Assembly: GCA_965222225.1 (NCBI GenBank)
Contig: CBDCTK010000002.1
Location: forward strand, 1,504,001 to 1,568,000
From: Candidatus Poribacteria bacterium
GTDB taxonomy: Bacteria > Poribacteria > WGA-4E > JAJDTR01
Direction: 5' to 3'
Length of the DNA stretch: 64,000 bases
The notes under the pieces were generated by a model. The model saw only the letters and a list, made by a program, of their open reading frames with translations. It did not search any database and was not told the origin of the DNA. How positions within the stretch are numbered: the first letter of the stretch is position 1; the number at the start of each line of letters is the position of its first letter. The position numbers were made by a program, and so were the translations under genes. Positions 9,608 to 19,616 of this stretch are shown one piece after another.

Positions 9608-10516
9608 ATGCGCATGATGTCAACAACTCAGACTCAAGACAATGACCTGTCCGAACTAAGCCGCCGAGTGTCAACTTTCGTGGAATTGACTAAGCCGCGA
9701 CTCGTAGCAATGATACTGATTACAACCTTCGCCGGCTTCTATCTCGCATCTTCGGATTCTCTCAATTGGCTTCAACTTGTTGAGGTGATTATCGGCACCG
9801 GGTTGTCGGCGGCAGGAGTGTTAGCTCTGAATCAATACCTCGAACGGGACCTAGATGCACAGATGGTAAGGACATGCAACCGTCCCTTGCCAGACAAGCG
9901 TGTCGAACCGACGACCGCGCTATTCTTTGGCGTGTTACTGACTGTTGGCGGCCTCGCATTTACGGCATTCTGCGTTAACTCGTTAAGCGCATTGGCCATC
10001 TCTGCTATCGTCGTGACCTATCTATTCGTCTATACGCCGCTCAAACAGAAGTCACCGCTCTGCACCATTGCCGGCGCGGTTCCGGGGGCATTGCCGCCCG
10101 TTATCGGCTGGGTCGCCGCACGAGGAACAATCAATATTGAAGCATGGACACTTTTCGCCATTCTTTTTCTCTGGCAGCTACCCCACTCCTTGTCGATTGC
10201 ATGCATCTACCGCGACGAATACGCGCAGGCGGGATTCCGATTGCTTCCGGTTGTTCACCCGGATGGCAAGAGCACGAGACGACAAATTGTGAGCAACTGT
10301 TTGGCTCTTCTTGTCGTAGCACTGCTGCCCACATTGGTCGGCATCGCGGGTATCCTTTACTTCTTCGCCGCGCTAGTCTTGAGCGTCTGCTTTCTTGCGT
10401 TCGGTATCAAGCTGTCAGTTTCTCCTACAACCGTATCTGCAAAACGGTTGCTATACGCCTCATTGATATATCTGCCGCTTGTATTTCTTGTAATGGCGCT
10501 TGATAAAACCGCGTGA
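9608..10516 (+). CDS. cyoE: Protoheme IX farnesyltransferase (heme O synthase)
   Basis: LTKPR, NQYLERDLDAQMVRTCNRPLP, YTPLK, GALPPVIGW, WQLPH. Confidence 0.97.
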   Translation: MRMMSTTQTQDNDLSELSRRVSTFVELTKPRLVAMILITTFAGFYLASSDSLNWLQLVEVIIGTGLSAAGVLALNQYLERDLDAQMVRTCNRPLPDKRVEPTTALFFGVLLTVGGLAFTAFCVNSLSALAISAIVVTYLFVYTPLKQKSPLCTIAGAVPGALPPVIGWVAARGTINIEAWTLFAILFLWQLPHSLSIACIYRDEYAQAGFRLLPVVHPDGKSTRRQIVSNCLALLVVALLPTLVGIAGILYFFAALVLSVCFLAFGIKLSVSPTTVSAKRLLYASLIYLPLVFLVMALDKTA

Positions 10517-10539
10517 TGAGATGAGGAATTTTAGCTCGG

Positions 10540-10650
10540 ATGAATGACCACAAAAAGCAGAGCCGAAACCGTCGCCTCGGGTTACTCCTATTTGCAATCT
10601 TTGTCACCCTATTTGTTGTCGCAACGATTATCGCGCTGGTGAAAAACTAA
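10540..10650 (+). CDS. 36-aa single-TM small protein (not in ORF track)
   Basis: MNDHKKQSRNRRLGLLLFAIFVTLFVVATIIALVKN*; upstream GAGGA; inside cox operon. Confidence 0.65.
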   Translation: MNDHKKQSRNRRLGLLLFAIFVTLFVVATIIALVKN

Positions 10651-10704
10651 AGTACAACAAGCAAATGAATACCATTCCCTTGGATACACTAGGCGTTAAT
10701 TCTG

Positions 10705-11310
10705 ATGACTGAAGCAGAACAAGCAACATACGAACATACCGCTGATACAGGTCAACTGATGAGCAATGCCCGTTTGGCTATACTGATACTTCTAGGCGCG
10801 GAAATCATGTTTTTCGCAGGCTTGATTGGGACATTCCTCGTGTTTCGATTGGGCAGTGTGACATGGCCGCCGCCCTCGCAGGCTGATGTGCGATTGCCGA
10901 TTGGCGTCACGGGGATTAATACGATTGTCCTGTTGTTAAGTGGTTATACCATGATTCGGGCGCTGCGGGTGGTGCGTAGGGACAGTCAGAAGGAACTTCG
11001 ACGCTGGCTACTCGTGACAGGTCTTCTCGGCGCAATTTTCCTTGTTGTACAAGGCTCCGAATGGGTTCGATTAGTGCATCACGGATTCACACTGTCGTCA
11101 GGTGTCTACGGTTCAATCTTTTATGTCCTCATCGGTTGCCATGCGCTGCACGTATTGGTTGCAGTCGTTTGGGAGTTGAGTGTTTTTGCCAAAGCGTTAG
11201 GCGGTGGCTTCTCGGCGGATCGCCACGTTGGCGTCGAAATCTGCACTATCTATTGGACATTTGTCGTGGGGTTGTGGCCCATACTATATGTAATGGTCTA
11301 TTTGGTCTAA
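10705..11310 (+). CDS. ctaE: Cytochrome c oxidase subunit III family protein (first copy)
   Basis: AEIMFFAGL, NTIVLLLSG, GCHALHV, YWTFV. Confidence 0.92.
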   Translation: MTEAEQATYEHTADTGQLMSNARLAILILLGAEIMFFAGLIGTFLVFRLGSVTWPPPSQADVRLPIGVTGINTIVLLLSGYTMIRALRVVRRDSQKELRRWLLVTGLLGAIFLVVQGSEWVRLVHHGFTLSSGVYGSIFYVLIGCHALHVLVAVVWELSVFAKALGGGFSADRHVGVEICTIYWTFVVGLWPILYVMVYLV

Positions 11311-11435
11311 ACTGAGGGAAATTAAAGATAGTTCCCAATCACGGTAACCTGCCACTTGACGGATCGGAGAGATGTCGGTGTCCGGCGATTCGGGAACGTA
11401 AGTACCGACTACAAATCGTGAATAAGGAGATCTTC

Positions 11436-11657
11436 ATGATTCGCCGCTATTTTCCGCTCGTGTTGAGGATTACAGTTTGTGCGCTGTTTGTAATACCGAC
11501 CGCAGTCCAAGCATGTCCCTCGTGCAAACTCGTTGATGACCCGATTGCGCAAGGTTTCAAATGGAGCATTCTGTTCCTTATGGCAATGCCCTATATCGTC
11601 TTCAGCCTGATTGGTGGTGGAGTATTTTTTTCGATTAAGCGCGTCAAACAGCGTTAA
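11436..11657 (+). CDS. Small membrane protein with CxxC after the signal sequence
   Basis: RBS AAGGAG then ATG 11436; AVQACPSCK, SILFLMAMPY TM. Confidence 0.8.
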   Translation: MIRRYFPLVLRITVCALFVIPTAVQACPSCKLVDDPIAQGFKWSILFLMAMPYIVFSLIGGGVFFSIKRVKQR

Positions 11658-11696
11658 AAACATGAATCGCATTCAGATATGAAAGGAGTATGAAAA

Positions 11697-12350
11697 TTGT
11701 CAGAAACTGCAGCCATAGATCATTCTGCTGATGTCTATGAGCCGTCTCTAACGCCTGACAGTCAGGGTAAGTTGGGGATGTGGCTTTTTCTCATTAGTGA
11801 TGCCATGTCGTTTGGGGCGTTGCTCGCTGTTTACGGTGCCGTGCGTGCGGGCGCAGCGGAGTGGGCACCCCCATCCGAAGTGCTCGGCATTAACCTCACA
11901 GCGGGTATGACCTTCCTGTTAATCTGTAGTAGTCTCACGATGGTCAAAGCGCTTGAATCCATTCAGAATGGCAACCAATCGAGAATGTGTGCCTATCTCG
12001 GGGTGACGATTCTGTGTGGGTTAATCTTCTTGGGATTGCAAGCGTATGAATGGACACACTTGATCACGCACGGCGAGCCCGGTCTCACCCTCACCACAAT
12101 TCCTCATCACGGGTTGTCTGGTGCTGAGATCTCCGGTTCGGTGCTTTTTGGTCCGACCTTCTACGCGATCACAGGTTTCCATGGTGCACACGTGACCGGC
12201 GGCGTCATCTACCTCATCGTTATCTTGATTCAGGGGTTACGAGGGGCGTATACAGCAGAATATAATCACAAAGTCGAGATCTTGGGGTTGTATTGGCATT
12301 TTGTTGACCTAGTCTGGATCATGGTCTTTACTTTCGTCTATCTAGTGTAA
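11697..12350 (+). CDS. ctaE: Cytochrome c oxidase subunit III family protein (second copy)
   Basis: KLGMWLFLISD, TFLLICSS, TGFHGAHV, LYWHFVDLVW. Confidence 0.95.
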   Translation: MSETAAIDHSADVYEPSLTPDSQGKLGMWLFLISDAMSFGALLAVYGAVRAGAAEWAPPSEVLGINLTAGMTFLLICSSLTMVKALESIQNGNQSRMCAYLGVTILCGLIFLGLQAYEWTHLITHGEPGLTLTTIPHHGLSGAEISGSVLFGPTFYAITGFHGAHVTGGVIYLIVILIQGLRGAYTAEYNHKVEILGLYWHFVDLVWIMVFTFVYLV

Positions 12351-12370
12351 TCACCAAATGGAGAATCAAG

Positions 12371-12703
12371 ATGGAACACGCTCACAAAGAACACCCGAAA
12401 TACATGAGGATATTTTGGATCCTTCTCGTACTCACGATCGCTGAAGTTGCCGTCGTTTACCTGCCGTTTCCAAAGGTTGTGACCACGCTTCTGCTTATCG
12501 GTATGGCATGCACTAAAGCGGCTTACGTCGCGCTCTATTTCATGCATCTGAAATTTGAACAGAAAACCTTGACAGCCATTGCGCTGACGCCCTTTATCAT
12601 CTGCGTGTTTCTCGTGTTTATGCTGTTGCCAGACCTAATGACAGATGCCCGGCACGCAGAAGAAGCTAAAGCCGAAAGTCATGCGGTGGATACATCGCAT
12701 TAG
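12371..12703 (+). CDS. ctaF: Cytochrome c oxidase subunit IV family protein
   Basis: LLVLTIAEV, KAAYVALYFMHLKFE. Confidence 0.92.
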   Translation: MEHAHKEHPKYMRIFWILLVLTIAEVAVVYLPFPKVVTTLLLIGMACTKAAYVALYFMHLKFEQKTLTAIALTPFIICVFLVFMLLPDLMTDARHAEEAKAESHAVDTSH

Positions 12704-12763
12704 CGTAAAGCATATCGTGGATGTGCGCGTCTGACACCTGCGATTCGACTTACACAGCACGCC

Positions 12764-13426
12764 ATGGAAGCCGACATAAAATCCTTAGAGAAGGCGACTA
12801 CTTCGAGAAAGCGTTTGCTGCCCGGTATACTCTGGGGAGTGCTAATTTTCGTGATAGCCGCCATCGTCGTCGCGAACATTTGGTCGGTCATGCATCGACC
12901 GAGTGAAACCTCCGTGTCGGAGAGTTCATTATCAAGACTCGCGGTTCATCACCAACTGCCGGATTTCGCTTTGACTAATCAGCACGGTCACGCGCTTTCA
13001 CTCGCCGATTTAGAAGGCAAGGTTTGGGTCGCGGATTTCATCTTCACAAGTTGCCCCACTATCTGTCCGGCGATGACTGATGAGATGACGCGGCTTCAAG
13101 ATGAGTTTCCGTCCGAATCCGGACTGCGTTTCGTCTCTTTCTCTGTCGATCCGGAACGTGATACCCCGGCGGTGCTCTCCCGCTACGCGGACAGCTTCGG
13201 AGCAGACCATAGTCGTTGGTTCTTCTTGACGGGCGAAAAAACACTGATTTATCAACTCGCGCACGACGGATTCAATCTGGCAGCCGGGCATCGGGGGAGT
13301 GAAATCCTTCATAGCACTCGCTTTGTTCTTGTGGATAGACAGGGAAACGTACGCGGCTACTATGATAGTCGAAATAAGACCAATCTCCAGCGCCTGCGGC
13401 GAGACATAAGTACCTTGCTGAAGTAG
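12764..13426 (+). CDS. sco: SCO family copper chaperone
   Basis: FIFTSCPTICP, SVDPERDTP, HSTRFVLVD. Confidence 0.95.
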   Translation: MEADIKSLEKATTSRKRLLPGILWGVLIFVIAAIVVANIWSVMHRPSETSVSESSLSRLAVHHQLPDFALTNQHGHALSLADLEGKVWVADFIFTSCPTICPAMTDEMTRLQDEFPSESGLRFVSFSVDPERDTPAVLSRYADSFGADHSRWFFLTGEKTLIYQLAHDGFNLAAGHRGSEILHSTRFVLVDRQGNVRGYYDSRNKTNLQRLRRDISTLLK

Positions 13427-13456
13427 CCAAAATCGCTTCGGAGAAAGAAGGTCGAA

Positions 13457-13726
13457 ATGATTAGGCTTGACGCGGCGCGGCTAGGTGTAGCGTTCCTTAT
13501 TTTCCTCATCAACCTTCCTTTCGGGTTTTACCGAGTCCGTTTCAGAAGATTCTCTCGCCCTTGGGGACGAACCATCTATCTCCCGATTCTCATCAACGTC
13601 CTAACCCGCCGTTTGATTCTGCAATGGGATTGGGGCGCAATTCCCTACCTTTTCACTGGAACGGTCTTGGGACATCTATTGGGTGGATTTTGGGGAAAAA
13701 AGCGCAAAAAACAAGAATCTTCCTAG
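13457..13726 (+). CDS. Small membrane protein, unknown function
   Basis: Three hydrophobic segments, INLPFGFYR motif, basic tail. Confidence 0.75.
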   Translation: MIRLDAARLGVAFLIFLINLPFGFYRVRFRRFSRPWGRTIYLPILINVLTRRLILQWDWGAIPYLFTGTVLGHLLGGFWGKKRKKQESS

Positions 13727-13779
13727 CGGCTTCGTGGTATAGATTCTACGCTGCAAGAGGATGACGGGAGGGGCAGTCG

Positions 13780-14607
13780 GTGAAAATCGTTCTAAGTCGG
13801 AAAGGATTTGACAGTTCTATCGGCGGATATCCGAGCCCAATATTGCCCGATGGCAAGATGCTCAGCTTGCCGATTCCCGGGGACTGGGAGACATTGACCT
13901 ATAGCGACATCATTGCGCCCGGAGGCAAAACCTATGCAGAAATCATTGAAGAACTGGATGCTGGGGCAGAGATTGGATGTGAAGGGGCTCACCTAGATCC
14001 CGATCTTGTGCCGGGCACATTGCCCCGTCCTCCGGACTGGCTTCCAGCATTTGGACAAGACAGTGCCGCGGCGTCCCATTTGCGGAATCAAGGAGTTTCC
14101 CGGGGCGATCTATTTCTGTTTTTCGGCTGGTTCCGACATACTGAGGAGGTTGAAGACAAAAGACGCTTTTACGGCAACCTCAACGGCTTCCACGCCATAT
14201 TCGGTTATTTGGAAATCGGCGATATTATTAGTGCCAATGAAGATACTCAGTTGCCGAATCGGTTGAATGGACATCCTCATGCTAGTACAGCACAAAAGAA
14301 ACGAATTAACAATACAATCTACGTCGCCGCGTCGAGGTTCAGTGATCACCTGGGTTATCCCGGTGCTGGTGTCTTTCAGTTTGACGATCGGAAGGTGTTA
14401 ACAAAGCAGGGAGAATCAAGGAGTCGCTGGAATCTCAACCCGAAAATTTTCCGACACGTCAGAATTTCTTACCACTCGGAGAACTCATGGAAGGACGGGT
14501 ATTTTCAGTCAGCAGGACGTGGCCAAGAATTTGTCATTCATGCGGATGAGGAAATCATTGAATGGGCTTTCCGTCTAATTAAAGATGCCCGCCTCTGGCA
14601 GCATTGA
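13780..14607 (+). CDS. Nmad3-like (nucleotide-modification-associated) protein
   Basis: MKIVLSRKGFDS..GGYPSPILPDG.MLSLPIP, HLDPDL, FGQ..AAASHL, GDLFLFFGWF, GRGQEFV. Confidence 0.75.
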   Translation: MKIVLSRKGFDSSIGGYPSPILPDGKMLSLPIPGDWETLTYSDIIAPGGKTYAEIIEELDAGAEIGCEGAHLDPDLVPGTLPRPPDWLPAFGQDSAAASHLRNQGVSRGDLFLFFGWFRHTEEVEDKRRFYGNLNGFHAIFGYLEIGDIISANEDTQLPNRLNGHPHASTAQKKRINNTIYVAASRFSDHLGYPGAGVFQFDDRKVLTKQGESRSRWNLNPKIFRHVRISYHSENSWKDGYFQSAGRGQEFVIHADEEIIEWAFRLIKDARLWQH

Positions 14608-14744
14608 ACAAGCCACGATTACTTTGTTCTTTACGCACTGGAATATGGCGGTCTCTCACCCCTAAAGTTCGGCTAGGATTTCAGGTCTTTACCCTGACGA
14701 AAAAATACATTCGCAAAAAGAAAACATAAATCGGAGGAGGAAGG

Positions 14745-16667
14745 ATGTTCAAGAAAATCTATGTGCCCGTTGACAATTCGGATCATTCTGATGCGAGCGT
14801 CAGTCTTGCCGTAGCGTTCTCCAAGAAATTTGGGTCGCAACTCGTCGGCTCCCACGTCTACGCGGCAAAGATGCACGACGTGCGATTCAAACAGATGGAG
14901 TACACTCTCCCCGAAGAATATCAGGACGAAGCCGAACTCGAAAAACAGCGCCGGATTCATGACACCCTGATTACGATGGGGCTTCAATTGATCTCCGACT
15001 CTTACCTTGAGGTAATGAAGAAAAAGTGCGTCGAAAATGATATTCCCTTTGAAGCGAAGATGCCGGAAGGCAAGCATTTCATCAAGCTGGCCGAGGACAT
15101 TCAGCAGTGCGATTACGACCTTGTAATAATGGGTGCCCTCGGTATGGGCGCGGTCAAGGACAGCCTGCTCGGCGGCGTCGTGGAGCGTGTTGTGCGGCGC
15201 ATCCAGACAGACACTCTCGTCGTCCGAAATACAGAGGGGATTCTTGACCAACCTGGGCATATCCTCGTCGGGATCGATGGTAGCCCCGAGTCCTTCGCCG
15301 GATTGAAAACAGCCATCCGCATCGGCAAAGCGTTTGACAGGCAAGTAGAAGCAATCGGCGTTTACGACCCTTATCTTCACTATGTCGTGTTCAATTCGGT
15401 GGTCAACGTTCTAACGGAGCGCGCCTCCAAAACCTTTAGATTCAAAGAACAGGAGCAACTGCACGAAGAGGTTATCGACACCGGGCTCGCCAAAATCTAT
15501 CAATCCCATCTGGAGATTGCCCGCACAATTGCCAAGGAAGATCACGGTTACAATCTCAAAATTACCTTGCTGGATGGCAAAGCCTTCGAGAAAGTCCTGC
15601 AATATACCCGAAAGACACAGCCATGGATGCTCGTGCTAGGGCGAATCGGCGTCCACAGCGAGACGGATATGGACATCGGCAGCAACACCGAAAACCTGTT
15701 GCGACTTGCACCGTGTAACGTATTGCTGTCAAGCGCCCGATACGTCCCCAAAATTGATGTTAAAGCCGAGGAGACGGTCGTCTGGACGCAGGAAGCCATG
15801 GATCGAATGGCGAAAGCGCCGCCACAGATACAGGGTATCGCGCGGACAGCCGTCCATCGCTACGCAATTGAACGAGGTCATTCCGTGATTACCGAGAGCG
15901 TGATTGAGCAGGCGATGGACGCCTTCATGCCGGGGCGTTCAGCGGATCGGATGACCAAGGTTGCCAAACAGATTGCTACGCAAACCGTTCTGGATTCGAA
16001 TGCCGTCAAGACCTTTATCTGTGCCGATTGCGGCTACGCAGCACGCGATCAGAAGCCTGTCAAATGCCCCGTCTGCAGCGTGGATGGGGACCACTTTCAG
16101 ATGGTCGACAAAGAATCACTCCGGAAAGTCGCTGACAAAGAAGGCGGCGTGAGTGAAGAACAGACATTCGACGGTCTCCGTCTCCAGTGGTCGGATCAGG
16201 CAAAGAAGGCGTTACGAAATGTACCGCGCGGTTTCATGCGGCGCAATGTCAAAGCGCGAATCGAAAAATCGGCGCGCACCCAGAAAATCAGCACTATAAC
16301 CAATGATTTCGCCATGCGGATTGTCAACGAAAGCATGAATCAGGCGTCCGCAATCCGCGAAGACGCCCCCGAACTTAAAGCCGTTGCCCAGTCCCGTGAA
16401 TCCTCGGATACCTCTCAAGGGGAAACGTTTGAGAGCGCGTTTGAGTGGGCGCCGGAGGCACGCGAACGTTTGAACCTCGTCCCCTCCGGGTTTATGCGAA
16501 ACATCACCCTATCCCGTGTTGAACAGCGCGCTCGAGAAGCGAATCTCACAACAATAAATCTAGAATTTGCCGCGCAGGTGATTGAGGAGGGACGCAGCTT
16601 GGATAACGAAGTCCTCGGCACATACTACCGGCAGGATCTCAGCGTGAATGACTCCAAAACCGAATAG
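14745..16667 (+). CDS. Tandem universal-stress-protein domains fused to three PCP_red-like domains and a rubredoxin-like knuckle
   Basis: IYVPVDNS, MGALG..LLGGVVERVV, ILVGIDGS, IGSNTENLLR; three W..EA..R/L..P repeats; CADC...CPVC; RBS GGAGG. Confidence 0.85.
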   Translation: MFKKIYVPVDNSDHSDASVSLAVAFSKKFGSQLVGSHVYAAKMHDVRFKQMEYTLPEEYQDEAELEKQRRIHDTLITMGLQLISDSYLEVMKKKCVENDIPFEAKMPEGKHFIKLAEDIQQCDYDLVIMGALGMGAVKDSLLGGVVERVVRRIQTDTLVVRNTEGILDQPGHILVGIDGSPESFAGLKTAIRIGKAFDRQVEAIGVYDPYLHYVVFNSVVNVLTERASKTFRFKEQEQLHEEVIDTGLAKIYQSHLEIARTIAKEDHGYNLKITLLDGKAFEKVLQYTRKTQPWMLVLGRIGVHSETDMDIGSNTENLLRLAPCNVLLSSARYVPKIDVKAEETVVWTQEAMDRMAKAPPQIQGIARTAVHRYAIERGHSVITESVIEQAMDAFMPGRSADRMTKVAKQIATQTVLDSNAVKTFICADCGYAARDQKPVKCPVCSVDGDHFQMVDKESLRKVADKEGGVSEEQTFDGLRLQWSDQAKKALRNVPRGFMRRNVKARIEKSARTQKISTITNDFAMRIVNESMNQASAIREDAPELKAVAQSRESSDTSQGETFESAFEWAPEARERLNLVPSGFMRNITLSRVEQRAREANLTTINLEFAAQVIEEGRSLDNEVLGTYYRQDLSVNDSKTE

Positions 16668-16816
16668 AGGCAATCCTCTCACGCAAGATACAGTGGAGCC
16701 GCCTTAGAGATGACGACCCGTTTCCTGACTCAAATGATTCATCTACGCCGTCAATCTGCGCGTCATTTAACAAGACATTCTGTGCAACCAAGAGTAATGC
16801 GGAAAGGAGATTCAAA

Positions 16817-18514
16817 TTGTTAAATATTCAACCGGGGTACCTTACTCTAGATGAACTGCTTGCAAAACGTCTGTTTCGAATTCCTCATTATCAGCGTGCT
16901 TACTCGTGGGAGCGCAAACACCGTAGGGACATGTTTAAGGATATTAAAAAACTCAGTGACAATCCAACGAGTTTCCATTTCATGTCGACGGTAGTCGGAT
17001 TGCGGCGCCAGACAAAGACAATCGTAACGGACCAGTTTAGCGAGATTGAGGTCGTAGATGGGCAGCAACGCCTGACTACGCTCGTGATTCTACTCAAAGC
17101 AATTGAGAGAAAACTGGATTGTTCCGTGCCCAACGAGAAACGGCTTGGACAAGAACTTCGAGAGCTTCTTGTCAAACAGGACGATGCGAGTCTTATTTTA
17201 CTGCAAACAAATCATGATCGAAGCCAGTATTTTGCCGACTTCCTGAGGTATGGAGCCTGTCCCCCAATCCTCAATGCCCGAACTCTTGCAGATCATGAAT
17301 TATTAAAGGCAATCAGCGAGTGTAATCTCTTCGTTGAAAACTGGAGCGATCGAATTGACCTATTGCGAATAATTAAGAATCAACTGACGTTCATATTTCA
17401 TGAGATTGATGATGAAGCAGCGGTTTATACGGTTTTCGAGGTTCTCAACAATAGAGGACTTAACGTTTCTTGGTTAGATAGACTGAAAAGCATGTTAATG
17501 TCATTAGCCTTTGAGGCCAATAGGGGAAATGTTGACGAACACATAGATGAACTTCACCAAATTTGGGGAAGGATTTACGAGACCATTGGACTGCGGCAAG
17601 AGTTAAACACCGAATCTCTAACCTTTGCTGCAACCCTTAAATCTCAATCTAGACGGAGCTCAGCTTTTGGCGAGGAAAGGGCTGTGGAAAGCCTTATGAC
17701 TCAGTGCGACGGAAACGCCTCCAAAGCTATTGCAACGTCGAAGTGGCTGCTGAAGGTCATCTCTGTCGTCAAACGGTTTTTGGAGGATATGCAACGTTCC
17801 AGAGAAGCCGTAACCAAAATTTCGCAAGCGAGATTGCTCGCTGTAGCAATTATCTTGAAAGATTTTTCTTGTAATGAAGAAAAAGAACTCCTCGATCAGT
17901 GGGAGAATACGACATTCCGTATATTCGGTCTATGTAGAAAAGATGCCCGCACAGGCGTCGGCGATTACGTTAGACTAGCTTGGGACATATTGAACGATGC
18001 AAATTTAAATGCTAGGCACGTTTCGGAAAGAGTGACGCAAATCGGTGAGGGGAAAGATCGAAACGTTGAATCGGCTCTTCTTGAACTCGAAAATAGCAAT
18101 TGTTACGAAGGATGGCAGGACCAACTCAGATACCTGCTGTATCGCTATGAAGAACATCTGGCAGAACAGCAGGGCCAGAGATTTCGTAGTGAACAATGGA
18201 ATCGCATTTGGCAAGAATCGGCTGCTAAATCAATAGAACATATATTTCCACAGTCAAGAGGCAGTCAGGAACCGCTAGAAAACCAAGAAGGTGTTTTCGT
18301 CCATAGACTTGGAAATCTGCTACTTTTACCGCCTAGTCTTAATTCAGCGCTTCAAGATAGAGAACCAAGAGCAAAAGTGAACGACTATAGAGATACGGGA
18401 CTTCTCATTGCTGCTGAAGTAACACGAACTATAGAGCGGGACGGATGGGGTTTGGAACAAATCATGGAGCGCGAACAACGGCTGCTTAATTGGATTCGGT
18501 GTGAATGGGAGTAG
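16817..18514 (+). CDS. DUF262-DUF1524 protein (GmrSD/SspE-like nuclease)
   Basis: IPHYQRAYSW, VVDGQQRLTT, FEVLNNRG, SIEHIFPQ, LGNLLLL..LNS. Confidence 0.92.
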   Translation: MLNIQPGYLTLDELLAKRLFRIPHYQRAYSWERKHRRDMFKDIKKLSDNPTSFHFMSTVVGLRRQTKTIVTDQFSEIEVVDGQQRLTTLVILLKAIERKLDCSVPNEKRLGQELRELLVKQDDASLILLQTNHDRSQYFADFLRYGACPPILNARTLADHELLKAISECNLFVENWSDRIDLLRIIKNQLTFIFHEIDDEAAVYTVFEVLNNRGLNVSWLDRLKSMLMSLAFEANRGNVDEHIDELHQIWGRIYETIGLRQELNTESLTFAATLKSQSRRSSAFGEERAVESLMTQCDGNASKAIATSKWLLKVISVVKRFLEDMQRSREAVTKISQARLLAVAIILKDFSCNEEKELLDQWENTTFRIFGLCRKDARTGVGDYVRLAWDILNDANLNARHVSERVTQIGEGKDRNVESALLELENSNCYEGWQDQLRYLLYRYEEHLAEQQGQRFRSEQWNRIWQESAAKSIEHIFPQSRGSQEPLENQEGVFVHRLGNLLLLPPSLNSALQDREPRAKVNDYRDTGLLIAAEVTRTIERDGWGLEQIMEREQRLLNWIRCEWE

Positions 18515-18645
18515 TGGCAAATTTGGATCGACCAAGCGGTATGGGGATTGCAAACTGCTCTAGTTTGGTTCTCAGATTTGTACCGCATTCCCCGCCTTAG
18601 CCGGAATTATCCGCGAATAGGGATTCAAGGAGGAATAGGTATTTC

Positions 18646-19365
18646 ATGAAAGATACTGAGGTGATTGAAAGATTCGTAGCACACCTAGCGCAACATGGCC
18701 ACCAAGGTCTCAAGGTGGATGAAATCCCGGACGAGAAGGAACGAAATTTACCCGAGATTGATGCAATTGCTGGTCCGTTTGCTATCGAACACACGAGTAT
18801 CGACACAGTCCCACATCAACGCCGGAATGACGATTGGTTTCTGCAAGTCATCGAAGGGCTTGAACAAGAGCTCTCCGGCGGACTCCCGTTTCACCTTGTT
18901 GTTATACTTGAATATGAGGCCGTTACCAAAGGACAAGACTGGAAGCGAATTCGCCAAGCACTCAAGAACTGGGTTGTTGATCGAGCGAAATACTTGCCAG
19001 ATGGGGACCATATTCTTGATGGCGTTTTTGGCATTCCGTTCAAACTTCATGTGCACAAGGATACTGATTTGCCTTCACATCTTTTTTTTGTCCGTTCTAC
19101 TCCTGAGGATGACACCCTTTCCGAGCGCGTCGGAAAGCAGCTTGATAAAAAGGCGAAGAAACTAGCCAAATATCAAACGAAAGGAAAGACGACATTACTT
19201 CTCGTTGAGAGTTCTGATTTTGCTCTTATGAGCAGAACAATGATGCGAGGTACGATAAAAGAAACGTACGTAGGTGGTAATCTGTCTGGAGTAGACCAAA
19301 TTTGGTACGCCGAAAGATTTGACGAGGATAATATCAAGTTCACGGATTTCACCTCCCTTCTGTGA
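18646..19365 (+). CDS. Hypothetical protein, possible PD-(D/E)xK nuclease fold
   Basis: RBS AAGGAGG; PD...PEIDAIAGPFAIEHT and KKAKKLAKY...LLLVES; fold call is tentative. Confidence 0.55.
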   Translation: MKDTEVIERFVAHLAQHGHQGLKVDEIPDEKERNLPEIDAIAGPFAIEHTSIDTVPHQRRNDDWFLQVIEGLEQELSGGLPFHLVVILEYEAVTKGQDWKRIRQALKNWVVDRAKYLPDGDHILDGVFGIPFKLHVHKDTDLPSHLFFVRSTPEDDTLSERVGKQLDKKAKKLAKYQTKGKTTLLLVESSDFALMSRTMMRGTIKETYVGGNLSGVDQIWYAERFDEDNIKFTDFTSLL

Positions 19366-19388
19366 ACGCCATGAAACCTAGCAAAGTT

Positions 19389-19468
19389 CGTAGGGTGCGA
19401 ATCGTCGATTTCCCCTCTTGCTGCGATCAAACGAGAGGATAACGAGTGCGATAGAGATCCCACCATCC
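19389..19468 (+). repeat. GTAG REP with GA-hairpin module
   Basis: GTAGGGTGCG ... GATCAA AC GA GA GGATA AC GA GT GCGATAG AGATCCCACC. Confidence 0.8.
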
Positions 19469-19616
19469 GTTTTTCCGCGAGCGATGTTTCGCACTGCGTT
19501 CCAAGTAACACGCCTTATTCTCCGTTGCGCTTGCATCTAGCCACCCCTTGTGCTAACATTTCAACTGGACTACAACACCTTCACACATGACTATCAACTA
19601 CTGAGAAGGAAAAAAT

